Part shown: positions 1 to 11,350 of the stretch, one piece after another
How the letters are laid out: every line of letters starts with the position of its first letter
Position numbering within the stretch: position 1 is the stretch's first letter
Assembly: GCF_009914755.1 (NCBI RefSeq)
Contig: NC_060933.1
Reading direction: 5' to 3' (one strand)
Length of the DNA stretch: 64,000 nucleotides
Source of the DNA: the human T2T-CHM13v2.0 reference genome, Homo sapiens
Notes under the pieces: generated by a model
What the model saw: only the letters and a program-made list of their open reading frames with translations
What the model was told of the DNA's origin: nothing
Databases searched by the model: none
Translations under genes and position numbers: made by a program

Positions 1-232
1 CCATTCCATTCCATTCAATTCCATTCCATTACATTTCGTTCCATTCCATTCTATTCCGTACCATTCCTTTCCATTCCATACCATTCCATTCCATTCCATT
101 CCGTTCCATTCCGTTCCATTCCATTCCATTCCATTCTATTCGGATTAATTCCATTCCATTCCATTCCATTCCATTCTATTCCATTCCATTGCAATCGAGT
201 TGAATCCATTGCATTTCATTCCATTCCATTCC

Positions 233-247
233 ATTCCGGAAGTTTCC
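233..247. promoter_or_regulatory. Perfect three-pentamer heat-shock element (aTTCc gGAAg tTTCc) overlapping an ETS consensus CCGGAAGT
   Basis: ATTCCGGAAGTTTCC matches nTTCn nGAAn nTTCn. CCGGAAGT lies at 236-243. Motif match only; binding is not shown. Confidence 0.45.
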
Positions 248-519
248 ATTCCATTGCATTCCATTCCATTCCATTCCCCTGCACTCGCGTTGATTCCATT
301 CCATTCCATTCCATTCCATTCCGTTCCGTTCCATTCCATTCCATTCTATTCCGTTCCGTTCCATTCCATTCCATTCCATTCTATTCGGGTTAATTCCATT
401 CCATTCCATTCGATTGCAATCGAGTTGATTCCATTCCTTTCCATTCCATTCCATTCCATTCCATTCAATTCCATTCCTTTCCATTCCATTACGGATGATT
501 CCATTCCATTGCATTCCAT

Positions 520-680
520 TCCATTCCATTCCCCTGTACTCGGGTTGATTCCATTCCATTCCATTCCAATCCATGCCATTCCACTCGTGTTGATTCCATT
601 CTTTCCATTCCATTCATGTTGAATCCATTCCATTGCATTTCATTCCATTTGATTCCATTCGATTGCACTCGGGTTGATTC
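520..680 (+). repeat. pHuR98-like (chromosome 9q12 / HSat3B-type) SatIII module, recurring through the window
   Basis: Module CCCCTGTACTCGGG...CAATCCATGCCATTCCACTCGTGTTGATTCCATTCTTTCC...GTTGAATCC...CGATTGCACTCGGGTTGATT. The last 20 nt (660-679) are the reverse complement of AATCAACCCGAGTGCAATCG, which I recall as a chr9 SatIII (Hur98) primer. The subfamily assignment is from memory, not from a search. Confidence 0.5.
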
Positions 681-1050
681 CATTCCATTCCATTCCATTC
701 CATTCCATTCCATTCCATTCCGTTCCATTCCATTCCATTACATTCGGATTGATTCCATTCAATTCCCTTACACTCCATTACATTCCATTCCATTCGGGTA
801 GTTTCCATTCCATTCCATTCCATTCCTCTCCATTCCATTGCACTCGGGTTGATTCCATTCCATTGCATTCCATTCCATTCCATTCAAATCCATTCCGTTC
901 CATTCCATTCCATTACATTCGGATTGATTCTATTCAACTCCCTTACTCTCCATTACATTCCATTCCATTCGGGTTGTTCCATTCCATTCCATTCCATTCC
1001 ACTCCATTCCATTGCACTAGGGTTGATTCCATTCCATTCCATTCCATTCC

Positions 1051-1065
1051 ATTCCGGAAGATTCC
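1051..1065. promoter_or_regulatory. Perfect heat-shock element ATTCCGGAAGATTCC (representative of ~34 copies up to 61541)
   Basis: Matches the canonical HSF1 nTTCnnGAAnnTTCn exactly. HSF1 is known to bind human SatIII. Motif match only. Confidence 0.5.
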
Positions 1066-4000
1066 ATTCCATTGCATTCCATTCCATTCCATTCCCCTGC
1101 ACTCGCGTTGATTCCATTCCATTCCATTCTATTCCATTCCATTCCCTTCCTTTCCGTTCCATTCCATTCCATTCCATTCCATTCCATTCCGTTCCGTTCC
1201 ATTCCATTCCATTCCATTCTATTCGGGTTAATTCCATTCCATTCCATTCGATTGCAATCGAGTTGATTCCATTCCATTCCATTCCATTCCATTCCATTCC
1301 ATTCCATTCCATTCCATTGCTTTCCATTCCATTACGGATGATTCCATTACATTGCATTCCATTCCATTCCATTCCCCTGTACTCGGGTTGATTCCTTTCC
1401 ATTCCATTCCAATCCATGCCATTCCACTCGTGTTGATTCCATTCTTTCCATTCCATTCAAGTTGAATCCATTCCATTGCATTCCATTCCATTCGGTTCCA
1501 TTCGATTGCACTCGGGTTGATTCCATTCCATTGCATTCCATTCCATTCCATTCCATTCCACTCCATTCCATTCCATTCCGTTCCATTCCATTCCATTACA
1601 TTCGGATTGATTCTATTCAATTCCCTTACACTCCATTACATTCCATTCCATTCGGGTAGTTTCCATTCCATTCCATTCCATTCCTCTCCATTCCATTGCA
1701 CTCGGGTTGATTCCATTCCATTGCATTCCATTCCATTCCATCCCATTCCATTCCGTTCCATTCCATGCCATTACACTCGGGTTGATTCCATTCCTTTCCA
1801 TTCCATTCTTGTTGAATCCATTCCATTCCATTCCATTCCATTCGAATCCATTCCATTGCACTCGGGTTGATTCCATTCCATTCCATTCCATTCCATTCCA
1901 TTTCATTCCATTCCATTACATTACATTCGGATTGATTCTATTCAATTCCCTTACACTCCATTGCATTCCATTCCATTCGGGATGTTTCCATTCCATTCCA
2001 TTCCATTCCATTCAATTCCATTGCATCAGGTTGATTGCATTCCATTCCATTCCATTCCGTTCCGGATGATTCCATTCCATTGCATTCCATTCCATTCCAT
2101 TCCCCTTCACTCGGGTTGATTCCATTCCATTCCATTGCATTCCCTTCCATTTCATTCCGTTCCATTCCATTCCATTCCATTCTATTCCTGTTAATTCCAC
2201 TCCATTCCATTCGATTCCATTCCATTCCATTCCATTCCATTGCAATCGAGTTGATTCCATTCCATTCCATTCCATTCCGTTGCGGATGATTCCATTCCAT
2301 TCCATTCCATTCCATTCCATTCCATTCCCCTGCAGTCGGGTTGATTCCATTCCATTCCATTCCATTCCATTCCATTCCATTCGGTTCCGTTCCGTTCCGT
2401 TCCATTCCATTCCATTCCATTCTATTCGGGTTAATTCCATTCCATTCCATTCCATTCCATTCCATTCCAATCGAGTTGATTCCATTCCATTCCATTCCAT
2501 TCCATTCCACTCCATTCCAGTCCTTTCCATTCCATTCCACTCGGGTTGATTCCAATGTATTCCTTTCCATTCCATTCCATTCCATTGCAATCGAGTTGAT
2601 TCCATTGCTTTGCATTCCATTCCATTCGATTCCATTCCGGATGATTCCATTCCATTGCATTCCATTCCATTCCATTCCCCTGCACTCGGGTTGATTCCAT
2701 TCCATTCCACTCCATTCCGTTCCATTCCATTCCATTCCATTGTATTCGGGTTAATTCCATTCCATTCCATTCCATTCCATTCCATTCCATTCCATTACAA
2801 TCGAGTTGATTCCATTCCATTCCATTCCATTCCATTCCATTGCAGTCCTTTCCATTCCATTCCACTCGGGTTGATTCCATTCTATTAGTTTCCATTCCAT
2901 TCCATTCCCTTCCATGCCACTCTGGTTGATTTCATTCCTTTCCATGCCACTCAAATACATTCCCTCCTATTCCACTCGGAACGATTCCATTCCATTCCAT
3001 TCCATTCCATTCCATTCCATTCCATTCCATTCCATTCCAGTTCTTTCCATTCCGTTCTATTCCGTAGCATTCCATTCCATTCCATTCCTTTCCATTCCAT
3101 TCCTTTCCACTCGTGTTGATTCCATTCCTTTCCATTCCATTCGGTTTGAAGGCATTCCATTCCATTCAATTCCATTCCATTCCATTCCATTCCATTCCAT
3201 TCCATTCTATTCCATTCCATTGCAATCGAGTTGAATCCATTGCCTTTCATTCCATTCCATTCCATTCCATTCCGGAAGATTCCATTCCATTGCATTCCAT
3301 TCCATTCCATTCCCCTGCACTCGCGTTGATTCCATTCCATTCCATTCCATTCCATTCTGTTCCGTTCCATTCGATTCCATTCCATTCCATTCCATTCCGT
3401 TCCGTTCCATTCCATTCCATTCCATTCTATTCGGGTTAATTCCATTCCATTCCATTCGATTGCCATCGAGTTAATTCCATTCCATTCCATTCCCTTCCAT
3501 TCCATTCCATTCCATTCCATTCCTTTCCATTCCATTACGGATGACTCCATTCCATTGCATTCCATTCCATTCCATTCCTCTGTACTCGGGTTGATTCCAT
3601 TCCATTCCATTCCACTCCATTCGGTTCCATTGCATTCCATTCTATTGCATTCCATTCTATTCGGGTTAATTCCATTCCATTCTATTCCATTCCATTCCAT
3701 TCCATTCCATTGCAATGGAGTTGATTCCATTCCATTCCATTCCATTCCGGATGATTCCAATCCATTGCATTCCATTCCTTTCCATTCCCCTGCACTCGTG
3801 TTGATTCCATTCCCTTCCATTCCATTCCATTCCGTTCCATTCCATTCCATTCCATTCTATTCCGGTTAATTCCATTCCATTCCATTCCATTCCATTCCAT
3901 TCCATTCCATTGTAATCGAGTTGATTCCATTCCATTCCTTTCCATTCCATTCCATTGCCTTGCATTCCACTCGGGTTGATTCCATTCCCTTCTTTCCACT

Positions 4001-7000
4001 CCATTACATTCCCTTCCATGATTGATTCCATTCCATTCCATTCCATTTCATTCCATTGCAATCCATTCCAATCCATTCCATTCCATTCCATTCCACTTGA
4101 GTTGACTTCATTCCATTCCTTTCCATTCTATTCCATTCCTTTCCACTCGAGTTGATTCCATTCCATTCCAATCCATTGTATTCCATTCCATGCCATTCCA
4201 CTCGGGTTGATTCCATTCCTTTGCATTCCATTCCATTCCATTCCATTCCATTCCATTCCATTCCATTCCGTTGCATTCCATTCCATTACATTCGAATTGA
4301 TTCTATTCAACTCCCTTACTCTCCATTACATTCCATTCCATTCGGGTTGTTCCATTCCATTCCATTCCATTCCACTGCATTCCATTGCACTCGGGTTAGT
4401 TCCATTCCATTCCATTCCATTCCATTCCGGATGATTCCATTCCATTGCATTCCGTTCCATTACATTCCCCTGCACTCGCGTTGATTCCATTCCATTCCAT
4501 TCCATTCCATTCAATTCCATTCCATTACAACTCGTTCCATTCCTTTCTATTCCGTACCATTCCATTCCATTCCATACCATTCCATTCCATTCCATTCCAT
4601 TCCATTCCATTCCATTCCATTCCATTCCGTTACATTCTGTTCCATTCCATTCCATTCCATTCTATTCGGGTTAATCCCATTCCATTCCATTCCATTCCAT
4701 TCTATTCCATTACATTGCAATCGAGTTGAATCCATTGCATTTCATTCCATTCCATTCCATTCCATTCCATTCCGGAAGATTCCATTCCATTGCATTCCGT
4801 TCCATGCCATTCCCCTGCACTCGCGTTGATTCCATTACATTCCATTCCATTCCATTCCATTCCGTTCGGTTCCGTTCCATTCCATTCCATTCCATTCCAT
4901 TCCGTTCCGTTCCATTCCATTCCATTCCATTCTATTCGGGTTAATTGCATTCCATTCCATTCGATTGCAATCATGTTGATTCCATTCCATTCCATTCCTT
5001 TCCATTCCATTACTGATGATTCCATTCCAATGCATTCCATTCCATTGCATTCCCCTGTACTCGGGTTGATTCCATTCCATTGCATTCCAATCCATGCCCT
5101 TCCACTCGTGTTGATTCCATTCTTTCCATTCCATTCAAGTTGAATCCATTCCATTGCATTCCATTCCATTCCATTCCATTCCATTCCGTTCCATTCCATT
5201 CCATTCCATTCTATTCCGCTTAATTCCATTCCATTCCATTCCCTTCCATTCCATTCCATTCCATTCCATTCCATTCCATTCCGTTCCGTTCCGTTCCATT
5301 CCATTCCATTCCATTCTATTCGGGTTAATTCCATTCCATTCCATTCCATTCCATTCCATTCCATTCCATTCCAATCGAGTTGATTCCATTCCATTCCATT
5401 CCATTCCATTCCACTCCATTCCAGTCCTTTCCATTCCATTCCACTCGGGTTGATTCCAATGTATTCCTTTCCATTCCATTCCATTCCATTGCAATCGTGT
5501 TGATTCCATTGCTTTGTATTCCATTCCATTCCATTCCATTCCGGATGATTCCATTCCATTGCATTCCATTCCATTCCATTCCCCTGCACTCGGGTTGATT
5601 CCATTCCATTCCACTCCATTCCTTTCCATTCCATTCCATTCCATTGTATTCGGGTTAATTCCATTCCATTCCATTCCATTCCATTCCATTCCATTACAAT
5701 CGAGTTGATTCCATTCCATTCCATTCCATTCCAGTCCTTTCCATTCCATTCCTCTCGGGTTGATTCCATTCTATTAGTTTCCATTCCATTCCATTCCCTT
5801 CCATTCCACTCTGGTTGATTCCATTCCTTTCCATTCCACTCGAATACATTCCCTCCTATTCCACTAGGAACGATTCCATTCCATTCCATTCCATTCCATT
5901 CCATTCCATTCCATTCCATTCCATTCCATTTCGTTCCATTCCATTCTATTCCGTATCATTCCATTCCATTCCATTCCATTCCATTCCATTCCATTCCATT
6001 CCATTCCTTTCCATTCCAGTACGGATGATTCCATTCCATTGCATTCCATTCCATTCCATTCCCCTATACTCGGGTTGATTCCATTCCATTCCATTCCAAT
6101 CCATGCCATTCCACTCGTGTTGATTCCATTCTTTCCATTCCATTCAAGTTGAATCCATTCCATTGCAATCCACTCCATTCGATTCCATTCGATTGCACTC
6201 AGGTTGATTCCATTGCATTGCATTCCATTCCATTCCAATCCATTCCATTCCATTCCATTCCATTCCATTCCGTTCCATTCCATTTCATTACATTCAGATT
6301 GATTCTATTCAATTCCCTTACACTCCATTATATTCCAATCCATTCTGGTTGTCTCCATTCCATTCCATTCCATTCCGTTGCATTCCATTCCATTACATTC
6401 GGATTGATTCTATTCAATTCCCTTACACTCCATTATATTCCAATCCTTTCTGGTTGTCCCCATTCCATTCCATTCCATTCCACTCCATTCCATTGTGCTC
6501 GGTTTGATTCCATTCCATTCCATTCCATTCCATTCCATTCCATTCCATTCCGGATGATTCCATTCCATTGCATTCCGTTCCATTACATTCCCCTGCACTC
6601 GGGTTGATTCCATTTCATTCCATTCCATTCCATTCGATTCCATTCCCTTCCAATTCTTTCCATTCCATTCTATTCCGTACCATTCCATTCCATTCCATAC
6701 AATTCCATTCCATTCCATTCCACTCCATTCCGTTCCGTTCCGTTCTGTTCCGTTCCATTCCATTCCATTCCATTCTATTCGGTTTAATTCCATTCCATTC
6801 CATTCCATTCCATTCCATTCTATTTCATTCCATTGCAATCGAGCTGAATCCATTGCATTCCATTCCATTCCATTCCATTCCATTCCATTCCATTCCATTC
6901 CATTCCATTCCGGAAGATTCCATTCCATTGCATTCCATTCCATTCCATTCCATTCCATTCCATTCCATTCCATTCCATTCCATTGTACTCGGGTTGATTC

Positions 7001-7089
7001 CATTCCATTGCATTCCATTCCATTCCATTCCATTCCATTCCATTCCATTCCGTTCCATTCCATTCCATTATATTCGGATTGATTCTTTT

Positions 7090-10000
7090 CTACTCCCTTA
7101 CTCTCCATTACATTCCATTCCATTCGGGTTGTTCCATTCCATTCCATTCCATTCCACTCCATTCCATTGCACTCGGGTTTATTCCATTCCATTCCATTCC
7201 ATTCCATTCCGGATGATTCCATTCCATTGCATTCCGTTCCATTACATTCCCCTGCACTCGGGTTGATTCCATTCCATTCCTTTCCATTCCATTCGATTCC
7301 ATTCCATTCCCCTGCACTCGCGTTGATTCCATTCCATTCCATTCCATTCCATTCCATTCCATTCCTTTCCATTCCGGATGATTCCATTCCATTGCATTCC
7401 ATTCCATTCCATTCCATTCCATTCCATTCCATTCCGTTCCATTCCATTACATTCGGATTGATTCTATTCAACTCCCTTACTCTCCATTACATTCCATTCC
7501 CTTCGGGTTGTTCCATTCCATTCCATTCCATTCCTTTCCATTCCATTCGATTCCATTCCATTCCCCTGCACTCGCGTTGATTCCATTCCATTCCATTCCA
7601 TTCCATTCCATTCCATTCCATTCCATTCCTTTCCGTTCCATTCCATTCCATTGCATTCCATTCCATTCCGTTCCGTTCCATTCCATTCCATTCCATTCTA
7701 TTCGGGTTAATTCCATTCCATTCCATTCGACTGCAATCGAGTTGATTCCATTCCATTCCATTCCATTCCATTCCATTCCAGTCCTTTCCATTCCTTTCCA
7801 TTCCATTACAGATGATTCCATTCCATTGCATTCCATTCCATTCCATTCTCCTGTACTCGGGTTGATTCCATTCCATTCCATTCCAATCCATGCCATTCCA
7901 CTCGTGTTGATTCCATTCTTTCCTTTCCATTCAAGTTGAATCCATTCCATTGTATTCCATTCCATTCGATTCCATTCGATTGCACTCGGGTTGATTCCAT
8001 TCCATTGCATTCCATTGCATTCCATTCCATTCCATTCCATTCCGTTCCATTCCATTTCATTACATTCAGATTGATTATATTGAATTCCCTTACACTCCAT
8101 TATATTCCAATACATTCTGGTTGTTTCCATTCCATTCCATTCCATTTCACTCCATTCCATTGCACTCGGGTTGATTCCATTCCATTCCATTCCATTGCAT
8201 TCCATTCCATTCCATTCCGGATGATTCCATTCGATTGCATTCCATTCCATTCCATTCCCCTGCACTCGGTTTGATTCCATTCCATTCCATTCCATTACAT
8301 TCCGTTCCATTCCATTCCATTCCATTCGGATTGATTCTATTCAATTCCCTTACACTCCATTACATTCCATTCCATTCGGGTAGTTTCCATTCCATTCCAT
8401 TCCATTGCAATCGAGTTGATTCCATTCCATTCCTTTCCATTCCATTGCATTGCCTTGCATTCCACTCGGGTTGATTCCATTCCCTTCTTTCCACTCCATT
8501 ACATTCCCTTCCATTCCACTCGGAATGATTGATTCCATTCCATTCCATTCCATTTCATTCCATTGCAATCCATTCCAATCCATTCCATTCCATTACTTTC
8601 CACTCCATTCCACTCGAGTTGACTTCATTCCATTCCTTTCCATTCCATTCCATTCCATTCCTTTCCACTCGAGTTGATTCCATTCCATTCCAATCCATTG
8701 CATTCCATTCCATGCCATTCCACTCGGGTTGATTCCATTCCTTTGCATTCCATTCCGTTCCATTCCATTGCATTCCATTCCATTCCATTCCGTTGCATTC
8801 CATTCCATTACATTCGGATTGATTCTATTCAACTCCCTTACTCTCCATTACATTCCATTCCATTCGGGTTGTTCCATTCCATTCCATTCCATTCCACTCC
8901 ATTCCATTGCACTCGGGTTGATTCCATTCCATTCCATTCCATTCCATTCCATTCCGGATGATTCCATTCCATTGCATTCCGTTCCATTACATTCCCCTGC
9001 ACTCGGGTTGATACCATTCCATTCCATTCCATTCCATTCCATTCCATTCCATTCCGGATGATTCCATTCCATCGCATTCCATTCCATTCCATTCCCCTGC
9101 ACTCGGGTTGATTACATTCCATTTCCTTCCCTTCCATTCCTTTCCATTCCATTCCGTTCCATTCTATTCGGGTGAATTCCATTCCATTCCATTCCATTCC
9201 ATTCCATTCCATTCCATTCCATTGCAATCGAGTTGATTCCATTCCATTCAATTCCATTCCGTTCCGGATGATTCCATTCCATTCCATTCCACTCCATTTC
9301 ATTCCATTCCATTCCATTCCATTCCCCTGCAGTCGGGTTGACTCCATTCCATTCCATTCCATTCCATTCCATTCCATTCCATTCCATTCCATTCCGTTCC
9401 GTTCAATTCCATGCCATTCCATTCTATTCGGGTTAATTCCATTCCATTCCATTCCATTCCATTCTATTCCATTCCATTCCAATCGAGTTGATTCCATTCC
9501 ATTCCATTCCATTCCACTCCATTCCAGTCCTTTCCATTCCATTACACTCGGGTTGATTCCATTCTATTCCTTTCCACTCCATTCCATTCCATTGCAATTG
9601 AGTTGATTCCATTGCTTTGCATTCCATTCCATTCCATTCCATTCCGGATGATTCCATTCCATTGCATTCCATTCCATTCCATTCTCCTGCACTCGGGTTG
9701 ATTCCATTCCATTCCACTCCATTCCGTTCCATTCCATTCCATTCCATTTTATTCGGGTTAATTCCATTCCATTCCATTCCATTCCATTCCATTCCATTCC
9801 ATTCCATTACAATCGAGTTGATTCCATTCCATTCCATTCCATTCCATTCCATTCCATTCCATTCCAGTCCTTTCCATTCCATTCCAATCGGCTTGATTCC
9901 ATTCTATTAGTTTCCATTCCATTCCATTCCCTTCCATTCCACTCTGGTTGATTCCATTCCTTTCCATTCCACTCGAATACATTCCCTCCTATTCCACTCG

Positions 10001-11350
10001 GAACGATTCCATTCCATTCCATTACATTCCATTCCATTCCATTCCATTCCATTCCATTCCACTTCGTTCCATTCCGTTCTATTCCGTACCATTCCATTCC
10101 ATTCCATTCCTTTCCATTCCATTCCTTTCCACTCGTGTTGATTCCATTCCTTTCCATTCCATTCGGTTTGAAGGCATTCCATTCCATTCAATTCCATTCC
10201 ATTCCATTCCATTCCATTCCATTCTATTCCATTCCATTGCAATCGAGTTTAATCCATTGCCTTTCATTCCATTCCATTCCATTCCGGAAGATTCCATTCC
10301 ATTGCATTCCATTCCATTCCATTCCCCTGCACTCGCGTTGATTCCATTCCATTCCATTGCATTCCATTCTGTTCCGTTCCATTCCATTCCATTCCATTCC
10401 ATTCCATTCCGTTCCGTTCCATTCCATTCCATTCCATTCTATTCGGGTTAATTCCATTCGATTCCATTCGATTGCCATCGAGTTGATTCCATTCCATTCC
10501 ATTCCCTTCCATTCCATTCCATTCCATTCCATTCCTTTCCATTCCATTGCGGCTGACTCCATTCCATTGCATTCCATTCCATTCCATTCCTCTGTACTCG
10601 GGTTGATTCCATTCCATTCCATTCCACTCCATTCGGTTCCATTGCATTCCATTCTATTGCATTCCATTCTATTCGGGTTAATTCCATTCCATTCTATTCC
10701 ATTCCATTCCATTCCATTCCATTCCATTGCAATGGAGTTGATTCCATTCCATTCCATTCCATTCCGGATGATTCCATTCCATTGCATTCCATTCCATTCC
10801 ATTCCCCTGCACTCGTGTTGAATCCATTCCCTTCCATTCCATTCCATTCCGTTCCATTCCATTCCATTCCATTCTATTCCGGTTAATTGCATTCCATTCC
10901 AATCCATTCCATTCCATTCCATTCCATTCCATTGCAATCGAGTTGATTCCATTCCATTCCTTTCCATTCCATTCCATTGCCTTGCATTCCACTCGGGTTG
11001 ATTCCATTCCTTTCTTTCCACTCCATTACATTCCCTTCCATGATTGATTCCATTCCATTCCATTCCATTTCATTCCATTGCAATCCATTCCAATCCATTC
11101 CATTCCATTCCTTTCCACTTGAGTTGACTTCATTCCATTCCTTTCCATTCTATTCCATTCCTTTCCACTCGAGTTGATTCCATTCCATTCCAATCCATTG
11201 CATTCCATTCCATGCCATTCCACTCGGGTTGATTCCATTCCTTTGCATTCCATTCCATTCCATTCCATTCCATTCCATTCCATTCCATTCCATTCCATTC
11301 CATTCCATTCCGTTGCATTCCATTCCATTACATTCGAATTGATTCTATTC
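7090..11350 (+). repeat. ~4.25 kb tandem duplication, copy 1
   Basis: Identical or near-identical ORF translations recur at offsets of 4240-4260 (8350/12600, 9433/13678, 10224/14469, 10977/15222). Shared rare variants include GATACC 9010/13260, GCAATTGAG 9594/13839, ATCGGCTTG 9887/14132 and GCGGCTGACTCC 10549/14794. Confidence 0.92.

Noticed and set aside
1052-1059. TTCCGGAA as a STAT GAS site
   Set aside because: GAS needs TTC-N3-GAA (N4 for STAT6). The spacing here is N2, which fits HSE geometry instead.
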